Made by a program: the position numbers and the translations under genes. The notes beneath the pieces were generated by a model. It was given only the letters and a program-made list of their open reading frames with translations, searched no databases and had not been told where the DNA came from. 64,000 nt of DNA, taken from NCBI GenBank assembly GCA_035531675.1, contig DATKSL010000033.1, positions 160,260 through 224,259 on the forward strand. The letters are read 5' to 3'. Below are positions 8,225 to 17,869 of this stretch, piece by piece (the first letter of the stretch is position 1; the number at the start of each line of letters is the position of its first letter). The stretch is from Candidatus Binataceae bacterium (GTDB lineage Bacteria > Desulfobacterota > Binatia > Binatales > Binataceae).

Positions 8225-9363
8225 GCCGACCACCGTTTCGTGCCGATATCGTCGGGAGCTTTCTGCGCCCGCAAGCGCTCAAGCAGGCGCGCGAAGCGCT
8301 GCTCGGGCCGCAAAGCGCGGATCAGAATCTCGGCCCGCACGACCACCACGAGTTGCGCGCGATCGAGGACGGTTGCATACGCGAGGTGATCGCGATGCAG
8401 CAGCGCGCGGGCCTCAAGTCGGCGACCGACGGCGAATTCCGCCGCCGTAGCTGGTGGCTCGAACTAATCCTCGGCTGGGAGGGGTTTGCCGCCAACCGCA
8501 CCGCGAACTCCGAAGTCACGTGGCGCAACCAGGCCGGTGCCCAGCAGGGATTCTCGCGCCTGTGGCTGACCGGGCGCATCGGATGGCGCCCGAGTGCCGT
8601 GGTGCGCGCCTTCGAATTCCTGAAGGCCAACACCCGGGCCACGCCGAAGGTCACGATGCCGAGTCCCAACCAGGTGCATTTCTTTTTGCGCGGCGACGAC
8701 GGTATCCGCAATTCTTCGGTCTATCGCGAGGTCGATGCGTTCTGGTCGGATCTGGTGGCCGTCTACCGGCGCGAGATTTCCGCGCTGGTGGCCGCCGGGG
8801 CGCGTTATATCCAGCTCGACGACACCAGCATCGTGTTCCTGTGCGATCCCGCGCAGCGCGACGTGATGGCCGGGTGGGGCAAGACGCCCGAAGCGCTGCT
8901 CAATGAGTACGCGGAGCGGATTAACCAGGTGATCGCGGGGTTTCCCGAGGACGTCACCTTCACGTTGCATCAGTGCCGCGGTAATCGCGAAGGTAACTGG
9001 GTCGCCGAAGGCGCCTACGATCCGGTGGCCGAGGTGTTGTTCAACAAGATCAACGTGCAGGGATTTTTTCTCGAGTATGATTCGCCGCGCGCCGGCTCGT
9101 TCGCGCCGTTGCGTTTCCTGCCCAAGGGCAAGACGGTGGTGCTGGGGCTGGTGTCGACCAAGGGTCCGGCCCTGGAAAGCAAGGACGATCTCAAGCGCCG
9201 TATCGACGAAGCGACTCGGGTGGCGCCGCTGGAGCAACTTGCGCTCAGCCCGCAGTGCGGATTCGCCAGCTCGATCAAGGGCAACCCGCTCACCGAGCAG
9301 GACCAACTGGCGAAGCTCACGCGCGTCGTCGAAGTCGCGCGCGAAGTCTGGGGCGACGCCTGA
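8221..9363 (+). CDS. MetE-like (cobalamin-independent methionine synthase II family) Zn-dependent methyltransferase-fold protein
   Basis: N-terminal PPFRADIVGSFLRP motif. Zn-ligand-like HxC (HQC) and a late conserved Cys (SPQCGF). Start coupled to the upstream gene (ATGA). About 380 aa. Confidence 0.7.
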   Translation: MSRPPFRADIVGSFLRPQALKQAREALLGPQSADQNLGPHDHHELRAIEDGCIREVIAMQQRAGLKSATDGEFRRRSWWLELILGWEGFAANRTANSEVTWRNQAGAQQGFSRLWLTGRIGWRPSAVVRAFEFLKANTRATPKVTMPSPNQVHFFLRGDDGIRNSSVYREVDAFWSDLVAVYRREISALVAAGARYIQLDDTSIVFLCDPAQRDVMAGWGKTPEALLNEYAERINQVIAGFPEDVTFTLHQCRGNREGNWVAEGAYDPVAEVLFNKINVQGFFLEYDSPRAGSFAPLRFLPKGKTVVLGLVSTKGPALESKDDLKRRIDEATRVAPLEQLALSPQCGFASSIKGNPLTEQDQLAKLTRVVEVAREVWGDA

Positions 9364-9389
9364 AAGCTTCGCCGGGGAAGTTCAACCGA

Positions 9390-10787
9390 TCAGATTACCG
9401 GCCATTTCGATTTGTCGGGCAGGCCGGTGCGCCGGCAGATCGCTTCGGCGGCCTGCTGGACCTCACGATAGAGCCGATCTTCGTCGATCATCGTGAGCCG
9501 ATAGTTATCGACCACCTTGCGGCCATCGACGAATACCGTATGGACGCTGCGGCCGTCGGCCGAATAGACCAGCTGATTCGCCACGTTCAGCAGCGGCGTC
9601 CATTCCGGCCGTTGCCGATCGTGCAGCACCAGGTCGGCCCGCTTGCCGGCCTCGATCGAGCCGATCTGATCCTCGCATAGCAGCGCGCGCGCCCCGCCCA
9701 GCGTCGCCATCTCGTAGGCCTTCTCAGCCGGAAACATCGTCGGGTCGCGCCGCGCATCCTTGAACAGTCCGGCCACCAGGTAGGTCGCACGCATCAGGTC
9801 GGAATAGTTCGAGGCGTTGTTGCCGTCGGTGCCGATTACCAGGTTGACGCCGGCCGCGGCCATCTCGGGCATCTTGCCGATCTGGGTGACGCCGTAGGCG
9901 ACCTTCAGCGCGGTGGTCGGGCAATGCGCCACGCTGACGCCATGCTCGGCCAGCAACTGGACCTCATGGTCGTCGAGATGAACGCAGTGAACGATGACCA
10001 CGTTGCGATCCAGGACTCCTATCTTGGCGAGGAATTCGATCGGTCGCAGGCCGTACTCCTTGAGAAAGCCCGCCGGATCCATCGCCGCCGGCGACATGTG
10101 GAAGTTCAGCCCCACCCGATGCTCATCCGCGATTCGCTTGGCGGCCTTCCAGAGCTCGGGCGTGCAGGTGGTATGGCCGACGATCATCGGCCACGCCATC
10201 AGCCGGCCATCGGCGTCCTCCCGATGAGTCGCCATCAGCCGCTCGAGGCTCGCGATCGCCTCGGCCGTCGTACGCCGATAGACCGCGGGCTCCGCCGGCC
10301 GGTCCCAGGTCCACTCGCCGATGCGACCCCTGATCCCGGTCGCCGCCAGCCCTTCGACCACCGCGTCGACGAAGCGGACCGTGCCGGCCTCGAGAAAGGT
10401 GGTGGTGCCCGATTTCAGCAGCTCCGCCGCCGCCAGTTGCGCCGAAAGCTGCTCCTCGCGCTCGTTGGCCGCGGAATACAGCGGGCACAGCCAATCGAAG
10501 ACATTGGCTTCGAAGTTGATGTCATCGGGTACGAAGCCGCGCGTGATGGGCTCGCCGGTGATGTGGATGTGGCAGTTGACCATGCCCGGGCAGGTGACGA
10601 ATCGCGAGCCATCCAGCTCTTCGCGGCTGGCGAAGCGCGCCTGGAGGTCCGCGGTCTTGCCGACCGCCACGATCTCCCGGCCGTGGATTGCGACCGCGCC
10701 GTCGGCGATAACCTCGCGGCGCGGGTTCATGGTCACCACCAGCGTGTGGGTGATCAACGTATCAAGGGACTGCTTCGGGCTCGTCAT
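9390..10787 (-). CDS. amidohydrolase family protein (TRZ/ATZ chlorohydrolase / nucleobase or MTA deaminase type)
   Basis: NCHIH metal-binding HxH motif, HxxH and a C-terminal Asp region, 465 aa. AGGTG-type RBS before the ATG at 10787. Confidence 0.75.
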   Translation of the reverse strand: MTSPKQSLDTLITHTLVVTMNPRREVIADGAVAIHGREIVAVGKTADLQARFASREELDGSRFVTCPGMVNCHIHITGEPITRGFVPDDINFEANVFDWLCPLYSAANEREEQLSAQLAAAELLKSGTTTFLEAGTVRFVDAVVEGLAATGIRGRIGEWTWDRPAEPAVYRRTTAEAIASLERLMATHREDADGRLMAWPMIVGHTTCTPELWKAAKRIADEHRVGLNFHMSPAAMDPAGFLKEYGLRPIEFLAKIGVLDRNVVIVHCVHLDDHEVQLLAEHGVSVAHCPTTALKVAYGVTQIGKMPEMAAAGVNLVIGTDGNNASNYSDLMRATYLVAGLFKDARRDPTMFPAEKAYEMATLGGARALLCEDQIGSIEAGKRADLVLHDRQRPEWTPLLNVANQLVYSADGRSVHTVFVDGRKVVDNYRLTMIDEDRLYREVQQAAEAICRRTGLPDKSKWPVI

Positions 10788-11095
10788 GGTTGCACCTGCG
10801 CTTTGCGATCTCTGTTCGAGCGGGAAGTTTCGCCACCCGCATCAGATACCGCAAGCGCGGTAGGCCGTTCGGAGTCATCAAAGGGCTAGCCTAAAGGCTA
10901 GGCAATTCAGGCGGTTAACGAATGGAATCGATCGCGATAGATTAGAGAAACTGAACTGTCGTTGAGATGATTCTGATAGCGAGCCGAGTGGAATCGCCGC
11001 CCTAGTTGACTTTTCCCATTCCTCAACATAAGCAATTATGAGAAATCCTTACGGAACGGGAATGTCTCCCGCCGAGTAACGCGGAGGTTAACCTT

Positions 11096-12397
11096 ATGCG
11101 AAACGCGCTGGTAAGGGCGCTAAGCGTCCTGTTAGGAGCAGTGCTGTTGATGGCGCTGGCTCTGGGCGGAGATGCGCGCGCCGCTGGCGAGGAGGGCCTA
11201 GCGCCTCCTGGCACCGTCATCACGACGAAGAACTGGAAGCAGTACAAGGGCGTGATGGAGCAGGGTCTGCAGGGGCTGTTCTCGGGCGACTATTTCTGGA
11301 AGTTCCCGGCCGACTTTCGCATCGAGATCGGACCGACCCACAATTATCCGCTGCCCAAGCTCTACCAAGAATACACCGAGAAATACAGCAAAGATGTGAA
11401 GATCGTCGACCTTCCTGACGGCGGCCACAGCATCAAGGGATACGTCGGCGGGTTGGCGTTCGCTCATCCGTCGGGGCCGCTCAAGGGTTGGGAGATACTG
11501 GTCAATACCTGGTTCGAGTATGTCCCGCACATCACCTGCGCGCCCAACAACCACGTCTTCCTGCGCGATCGGTATGGGAACCTGACGACCGAAGTTACCA
11601 CCACCGTTTACCGGCAATTCAACTTCGTCAGCGATCCCGGCGTGCCCAATTCCGATCCCGACGGCAAGGGCCTTTACTACTCGGAGTACACCCGGGTTCT
11701 CGCGCCCGAGCAGTCGCGCTACACCACGCAACTTACGCTCTATTACACCGATCCCACCAAGAGCGAGGACCTGTTCCTCTTCATCCCGGCGCTCAGGCGT
11801 ACGCTGCGCCTGTCGGCGGCCTCGCGATGCTCGCCGTTCGTGGGTACCGACTGGACCCAGGACGACGTCAAGCAGTTGTTCAATGGCGGGATCGTGCGTT
11901 TCGACGCCACCCTGGTCGGCGAACCCAAGATTCTCGCCCTGACGGTCGCCAACGAGTCGGCGGTCAGCAACATGAACAATTACTCGATCTTTTTCCCCGG
12001 TCCGAACATCGGCAAATGGGAAGTGCGCGATTCATACCTGCTTGACGTGCGGCGCATCCCCTCGCAGCGCTCCGGCTATTGTTTCGGTAAGCGGATGCTG
12101 TACGTCGACCAGCAGCAGTGGACCCAGTTCTGGGCCGACCTCTACGACGGGAACATGAAATACTGGAAGTCGACCTCTTTCCAGCAGATCGCCCACCAGG
12201 TTCCTGGCGTGGGCCCGGTGATGTATACCGGCGAGTACCTGGTTTCGCTCTGGGATCAGCAGAACAGCCATGCCAGCGCATGGATCGCGAATCCGCCCTA
12301 TGGCACCAACCAGCAGTGCGCGAACCTGGGCGGCATCAACTACACCGACGCCAAGCTCTACTCGAGTGTCGGTGGCTTGAGTTCGATCATGCAGTAA
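11096..12397 (+). CDS. DUF1329 family secreted protein (paralog 1)
   Basis: Signal peptide, about 430 aa, composition and motif pattern of DUF1329. About 45 % identical to a second copy at 54114-55433 (for example LRRTLRLSxAxRCSP, IGKWEVR, GYCxGKRxxY). Confidence 0.55.
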   Translation: MRNALVRALSVLLGAVLLMALALGGDARAAGEEGLAPPGTVITTKNWKQYKGVMEQGLQGLFSGDYFWKFPADFRIEIGPTHNYPLPKLYQEYTEKYSKDVKIVDLPDGGHSIKGYVGGLAFAHPSGPLKGWEILVNTWFEYVPHITCAPNNHVFLRDRYGNLTTEVTTTVYRQFNFVSDPGVPNSDPDGKGLYYSEYTRVLAPEQSRYTTQLTLYYTDPTKSEDLFLFIPALRRTLRLSAASRCSPFVGTDWTQDDVKQLFNGGIVRFDATLVGEPKILALTVANESAVSNMNNYSIFFPGPNIGKWEVRDSYLLDVRRIPSQRSGYCFGKRMLYVDQQQWTQFWADLYDGNMKYWKSTSFQQIAHQVPGVGPVMYTGEYLVSLWDQQNSHASAWIANPPYGTNQQCANLGGINYTDAKLYSSVGGLSSIMQ

Positions 12398-12421
12398 TCG
12401 TTACGGATTGCTGGTTTTCGG

Positions 12422-12461
12422 CGAAGGCTCGGTCGCGGACAGCGGTCGAGCCTTCGCGCTT
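12422..12461 (+). terminator. putative intrinsic terminator after DUF1329 gene
   Basis: Perfect 10-bp stem (CGAAGGCTCG / CGAGCCTTCG) with a 14-nt loop at 12422-12455, followed by CGCTTTC. Only a weak U-tract. Confidence 0.35.
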
Positions 12462-12565
12462 TCAGGGCCGGGATCCGCCGCGGGAGCCGGCGCCCGCCGA
12501 TCGCGATACGGCTCGACCGCCTCCGCCAGGTTGCTCAGGTTGCTAAAACCGGCTGCCCGACTATT

Positions 12566-13876
12566 GTGCAGCAGTTGGACCAGCAGATGGCGATTTCGTC
12601 GATCAACATCGAAGCGCCGCACGACCAGGGATGGCCGCGCCGCTATACCGTCATCGTGCTGTTCGCGCTCGGCACCGCGCTCTGCTACATCGACCGCGTC
12701 AATATCTCGATCGCGATCATTCCGCTGGCCGCGGACAAGGGCTACGACGCGGCCGCCCAGGGACTGGTCCTGTCGTCGTTCTTCTGGGGCTATATATGGC
12801 TGCAGATGCTCGGCGGATGGCTGGCCGATCGTTTCGGCGGCAAGCGCGTGCTGATGGCGGGTGTGGCGATTTGGTCGCTGGCGACCGCGCTCACGCCGCC
12901 GGCCGCCTCGATTTCGTTCGGCGCCCTGCTCGTGACCCGCGCCCTGCTGGGCGCCGGCGAGGGGCTCAACTTTCCGGCCGTGCACAGCGTTGCGGCGCGC
13001 TGGACGCTGGTGACCGAGCGGGCGCGCGCCATCGCGTTTCACTTCAGCGGCCTGACCTTCGGCACTATCGTCGCGCTGCTGGTGAGTCCGGCGATCGTGA
13101 TCGACTTGGGATGGCCGTCGGTGTTCTACATTTCCGGCGCGCTGGGCCTGGTATGGCTTGCCGCCTGGTATATAAAGGCCGCCGACGCGCCCGAGGATTG
13201 TCCCGGCGTCAGCGCGCACGAGCTGGCCACCATCGCGGCCGGGCGGCCCGAGATGCCGCTGGCGGGGTCCATTCCGTGGGCTGCGATCCTGCACGAGCCG
13301 GCGGTGTGGGCTATCGTCATCGCCCATCTGTGCAACAATTTCGGCTTCTATATCATCCTGCTATGGCTGCCGAGCTATCTCTCGCACACCTTCCAGGTGC
13401 CGATGGCGCGGCTGGGCGAGCTTTCGGTCATCCCGTACGCGGTCGCCTTCGTGATGCAGAACGCCAGCGGATGGTTCGCCGACACGTTGCAGAAACGCGG
13501 CATGAGTCTGACCGCGGTGCGCAAATCGATGCAGACGGCGGCCTTCGCGGCGGGCGCGATACCGCTTATCGCACTGCCGGCGGCGACCTCGGCGGGCGTC
13601 GCGGTCACCCTGGTGACACTGTCGATCGGCGGTTCGTCGCTGGGCGTTGCCGCCTTCGCCGTCAATCACCTTGACGTCGCGCCGCGCTACGCGGGCATCC
13701 TGATGGGGCTGTCGAACACCTTCGCCACCATCCCCGGCATCGTCGGCGTCGCCGCCACCGGCTTCATCCTCCAAAAGACCAATTCGTTCGCCGCGGCCTT
13801 CTACCTGACCGCCGTCGTCTACGCGATCGGGATGGTCTGCTACCTCGCCATCGGCAGCGGCGACCGCAAGATCTGA
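12566..13876 (+). CDS. MFS transporter (anion:cation symporter-like)
   Basis: 12 predicted hydrophobic segments. MFS motifs DRxGxKR (DRFGGKRVL) and a PESP-like loop. Confidence 0.8.
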   Translation: MQQLDQQMAISSINIEAPHDQGWPRRYTVIVLFALGTALCYIDRVNISIAIIPLAADKGYDAAAQGLVLSSFFWGYIWLQMLGGWLADRFGGKRVLMAGVAIWSLATALTPPAASISFGALLVTRALLGAGEGLNFPAVHSVAARWTLVTERARAIAFHFSGLTFGTIVALLVSPAIVIDLGWPSVFYISGALGLVWLAAWYIKAADAPEDCPGVSAHELATIAAGRPEMPLAGSIPWAAILHEPAVWAIVIAHLCNNFGFYIILLWLPSYLSHTFQVPMARLGELSVIPYAVAFVMQNASGWFADTLQKRGMSLTAVRKSMQTAAFAAGAIPLIALPAATSAGVAVTLVTLSIGGSSLGVAAFAVNHLDVAPRYAGILMGLSNTFATIPGIVGVAATGFILQKTNSFAAAFYLTAVVYAIGMVCYLAIGSGDRKI

Positions 13877-14016
13877 CCGGGGCGTGCGGGTTGACGGCCG
13901 GGCCTCGATCGCGGAGATTTGGGGGAAGGAACCGGGTTGCCAGCGCAATCGCCCACTGCGTAGCGTACTGGCGACGCCTTACCATGAGGGCGGCCCTCGC
14001 TGGCCGTTAAAAAACT

Positions 14017-15036
14017 ATGGCAATCGATCTGCACGCGCACTGGATTCCCAAGTCACTCTCCGACGTGCTGAGGAAGCGCACCGAGCGGCCCAAGATCGGG
14101 CTCACCGCCGACGGCCAGGAATTCATCGATTGCGAGCTGCCCTCGCTGCGCGTCCCCAAGGGCTTCGACGATCTGGCGACGCGCATCGCCGACATGGATC
14201 GCAACGGCATCACGCACGGCGTCCTGTCGCTCTCCACCGTGTACGGCGTCGAGTGCCTGCCGCTGGCCGAGTCGATCGAGCTGTGCCGGACCTACAATGA
14301 CGCGATTTCGGCCGCCTGCGCCGCCTATCCCGAGCGCTTCTCGGGCCTGGCCGCGCTCCCCGGCGCCGAGGTCGGTGCGATGCTGGCCGAGTTCGAGCGC
14401 GCCAGCGACTTGCCAGGGATGGTCGGCGCGCTGGTGCCGGGCGACGGATTTCTTACGGTGCAGCGGGCTGAGAAATTCCGTCCGATCTTCGAGGCGGCGC
14501 AGCGGCGTCGATCGATCCTGCTGGTGCATTACGGCCGGCTGTTCGACGATCCCGGCGCCCCGCACGCCGACACTTCGGATAACGCTCACGCCCGCATCGG
14601 CACGCTCGACATGCAGGCGCGGCTGTCCTCGAACATGATCACCTTTTGCCTGAGCGACTTCCTGGCCGCTTATCCCAACGTCACGGTGGTGAGCCATAAC
14701 CTCGGCGGCAACCTGCCGTTCGAGGTCGAGCGCCTCGACCATCGCATCCTGGTCGATCGGCCCGGCGACGAGCTGCCCTCCAGGCGCATCCGCGCGGCGC
14801 ACGTGCTGGTGGATTGCAACTCCTTCGGCGCGCGCTCGATCGAGCGGGCGGTGGAAGTCTATGGTGCGCACCGGATCGTACTGGGCTCGGACGGCACCGA
14901 TTTCGGGATGAAATGGTCGCGCGACGCGATCACCGCCGCGCATATCAGCGACGCCGACAAGCAGGCGATTCTCGAGGGCAACGCCGCCGCGGCATTGGCT
15001 CGCGTCAGGCACGTCAGCGCTGCCGCGGCTGCCTAG
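14017..15036 (+). CDS. amidohydrolase-2 family protein (ACMSD/LigW-type)
   Basis: N-terminal IDLHAHW metal motif and conserved His/Asp core. 339 aa. Confidence 0.75.
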   Translation: MAIDLHAHWIPKSLSDVLRKRTERPKIGLTADGQEFIDCELPSLRVPKGFDDLATRIADMDRNGITHGVLSLSTVYGVECLPLAESIELCRTYNDAISAACAAYPERFSGLAALPGAEVGAMLAEFERASDLPGMVGALVPGDGFLTVQRAEKFRPIFEAAQRRRSILLVHYGRLFDDPGAPHADTSDNAHARIGTLDMQARLSSNMITFCLSDFLAAYPNVTVVSHNLGGNLPFEVERLDHRILVDRPGDELPSRRIRAAHVLVDCNSFGARSIERAVEVYGAHRIVLGSDGTDFGMKWSRDAITAAHISDADKQAILEGNAAAALARVRHVSAAAAA

Positions 15037-15120
15037 TCGGTTGCGGTCACCACGACCGCGGCGGTTTTACGCAGCGCGCTTCCTCTCCATCGTGTGGCAC
15101 TCGGCGGGTCGAGTAGAGAG

Positions 15121-17133
15121 ATGACGCAGACCCACCGCACGATGTGTCCGATGAATTGCCTGCCGACGGTCTGCGGCATGCAAGTCGAAGTCGCCGACGG
15201 GCAGGTGGCCGGCGTCCACGGCGACCCGAGCAATCCCGAAAGCCAGGGCTTCCTCTGTATTCGCGGGCGCGCGGCGGGCGAGATTATCGACAGCCCCAGC
15301 CGCATCCTGCGACCCCGCGTTCGCGATCGCAGAAATTCCGATAACTGGCGCGATACGACCTGGGACGCTGCGCTCGACGACCTCGCCGGGGCGATCCGCG
15401 CTGCCGGCGCGGATCGCACTGCCGTCTGGTGCGGGCACGGTGCGATCGTCAACACCGTCGGGCTGATGCTGTCGTGGCGGTTCGCCCATATGCTGGGCGC
15501 GCAATGGTGGGTGCCGTCGATTGTATGCTGGGGGCTCGGCGGTTTCGGGGTCTGGCTGACCGGCTTGCCGGCCGTGAACTCCGCCGATGATCTCGCTGAG
15601 AACGCGGAGCTGGTGATGTTATGGGGCGCCAACCTCGCCAGCCAGCCGACCACCGCGCCGCGTATCAGCGCCGCGAGACGGCGCGGCGCGCGGGTAATTG
15701 CGATCGATGTGCGTCGCAGCGAGGCCTGCGATCACGCCGACCAGTATCTGCTGGTGCGCCCCGGTACCGACGCGGCGTTGGCGCTGGCGATGATGCAAGT
15801 GATCGTCGACGAGGGGCTGCACGATCGCGAGTTCATCGAGCGTCACACGGTCGGCTTCGAGGCGCTGTCGGCGCACATCGCCGGCTGCACGCCCGAGTGG
15901 GCTGCGGCCGAGACCGGCGTGCCGGCGGAACAGATACGGGCGCTGGCCCGCGAGTATGCCGCCTCCCGGCGCGCCACGATCCTGCTCGGCGGGAGCTCGA
16001 TGAACAAGACCGCCAATCGATGGTATGCGGCGCGAGCCATCTTGTGCCTGCCGGCGTTGACCGGCAACCTTGGCCGCCCCGGCGCGGGGATGGGGCCGCG
16101 CCACGGCGCCGGCGTCTGGTACAACGCCTTCAGCAGCATCGTTCCGCCCGATCGAAAAGCGCCCGAGACGGTCATCCTCGGCGAGATGGATACCATCCTG
16201 GACCGCATCGAGTCCGGGGCTATCGAGGTTCTAATCCTGCCGGGCACCAACATGCTCTCGTCGTTCGCCGACACCGCACGCCTGGAGCGGGCGATCGCGC
16301 ACGTCAGGCGCGTGGTCTGCATCGATCTCTTCATGAGCGACACCGCGCGTGCGGTCGCCGATATCGTCTTGCCCGGCACCGCCTGGCTCGAAGAGAGCGG
16401 GCTGAAATTCGGCCCTACGCATGTTCATCTGATGGACCGCGTACTCGAGCCGCGCGGCGAGACTCGTCCAATCTGGCGCATCTTCGCGGAGCTTGCCGAG
16501 CGCCTCAAGCTCGACGGTTACTTTCCCTGGCGCTCGGTCGACGAACTGCTCGACGCGATGCTCGACAATGATCAGACCGGCCACGCCACGGTCGCGGAGA
16601 TGAGAACGTCGGAGCCGAGCCGGCGCGCCAACATTCCGAGCTATGCCTATGCGGGGCTCCAGTTTCCGACCCCGTCGGGCAAGGTCGAGTTCTTTTCCGA
16701 ACGGGCGCGGGTGATGGGCCTGCCGCCGTTGCCGGTTTACGAACCTCCGGCCCACGGCGCCGCCTATCCGCTCGCATTCGTCCAGGGCCGCACGCTTACC
16801 CATTTCCACGCCTTCTATGACCATGGTCGCGCGCTGCCTTCGCTGGCCAAGGCCGATCGCGAGCCGGTGTTGTGGATCAGTTCCGCCGACGCCCTGAGCC
16901 GCAGTATCGACGACGGTGCGATGGTGCGGCTCTACAACGAGGGCGGCGAGATGCGGGCTCGCGCGCGAGTGACGGAGCGGATGCCGCCCGGGACGGTATG
17001 GATGCGCGACGGATGGCTGGGGATCAACCGCTTGACCAGTTCGGTACGCACGGTGCCGGACGCGGCGGTGGCAGCGTTCCCGCAGAGCGGCTCCGCCCGC
17101 TACGACTCCTTTGTCGAGGTATCAGCCGACTAG
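15121..17133 (+). CDS. molybdopterin-dependent oxidoreductase (DMSO reductase/formate dehydrogenase superfamily catalytic subunit)
   Basis: N-terminal Cys cluster (CPMNCLPTVCG) for a 4Fe-4S site, MopB-type core and a C-terminal molybdopterin dinucleotide-binding region. Start taken at MTQTH (15121); the ORF is open from 15094. Confidence 0.7.
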   Translation: MTQTHRTMCPMNCLPTVCGMQVEVADGQVAGVHGDPSNPESQGFLCIRGRAAGEIIDSPSRILRPRVRDRRNSDNWRDTTWDAALDDLAGAIRAAGADRTAVWCGHGAIVNTVGLMLSWRFAHMLGAQWWVPSIVCWGLGGFGVWLTGLPAVNSADDLAENAELVMLWGANLASQPTTAPRISAARRRGARVIAIDVRRSEACDHADQYLLVRPGTDAALALAMMQVIVDEGLHDREFIERHTVGFEALSAHIAGCTPEWAAAETGVPAEQIRALAREYAASRRATILLGGSSMNKTANRWYAARAILCLPALTGNLGRPGAGMGPRHGAGVWYNAFSSIVPPDRKAPETVILGEMDTILDRIESGAIEVLILPGTNMLSSFADTARLERAIAHVRRVVCIDLFMSDTARAVADIVLPGTAWLEESGLKFGPTHVHLMDRVLEPRGETRPIWRIFAELAERLKLDGYFPWRSVDELLDAMLDNDQTGHATVAEMRTSEPSRRANIPSYAYAGLQFPTPSGKVEFFSERARVMGLPPLPVYEPPAHGAAYPLAFVQGRTLTHFHAFYDHGRALPSLAKADREPVLWISSADALSRSIDDGAMVRLYNEGGEMRARARVTERMPPGTVWMRDGWLGINRLTSSVRTVPDAAVAAFPQSGSARYDSFVEVSAD

Positions 17134-17828
17134 CTGCCGGATTTCTGCGCGGTGCCCTGCCCGACGGTGACGCCCGCCGGCGATGAACGGTACAGGTTCG
17201 GCATTTTTTCGCGCAGCTCGGCGAGCTTCGGCATATCGTTCACCACGATATACGGATAGTCAGGATGCCGCTCGAGGAAGTTCTGATGATAGCCTTCGGC
17301 CGGGTAGAAGGCCTTCAACGGCGCCACCTGCGTAACGATCGGCTCCGGAAAGGCCTTGCTCTTGTCGAGCTGCGCGATATACGCGTCGGCGATCTTCTTC
17401 TGTTGCTCGTTTGAGTAGAAGATCGCCGAGCGATACTGAGTTCCGGTATCCGGCCCCTGCCGATCCAGCTCGGTCGGATTGTGGGCCACCATGAAAAATA
17501 CCTTCAGCAGATCGTGGTACGAAACCTTGGACGGATCGTAAGTGATTTCGACCGACTCCGCGTGCCCGGTCGTCCCGCTGCTGACCTGCTCGTAATCGGG
17601 ATTCGCGACCGTACCGCCCGCATAGCCGGAGACCACGTTGGTTACGCCCTTGACGTGCTTGAAGACCGCGTCGACACCCCAAAAGCATCCGCCGGCGAGT
17701 ACCGCGGTGGCCTGGGTCGCAGCCGGCCGGGGCGACTCGGCTGTCAGTCCGGGCAGCGCCGTTGCCGTCACCATGAGAAACGTCATCAGGACCGACCAGG
17801 AAAGGATGCGATACGACCGATTCGGCAT
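17130..17828 (-). CDS. msrA: peptide-methionine (S)-S-oxide reductase MsrA, with signal peptide (periplasmic)
   Basis: GGCFWG active-site signature, full MsrA domain and an N-terminal hydrophobic signal. Convergent 4-nt overlap with the Mo-oxidoreductase gene. Confidence 0.85.
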   Translation of the reverse strand: MPNRSYRILSWSVLMTFLMVTATALPGLTAESPRPAATQATAVLAGGCFWGVDAVFKHVKGVTNVVSGYAGGTVANPDYEQVSSGTTGHAESVEITYDPSKVSYHDLLKVFFMVAHNPTELDRQGPDTGTQYRSAIFYSNEQQKKIADAYIAQLDKSKAFPEPIVTQVAPLKAFYPAEGYHQNFLERHPDYPYIVVNDMPKLAELREKMPNLYRSSPAGVTVGQGTAQKSGS

Positions 17829-17869
17829 ATGAGATCAACCGCGAGCGTGGCCGCCCGGTTCCATCGATC

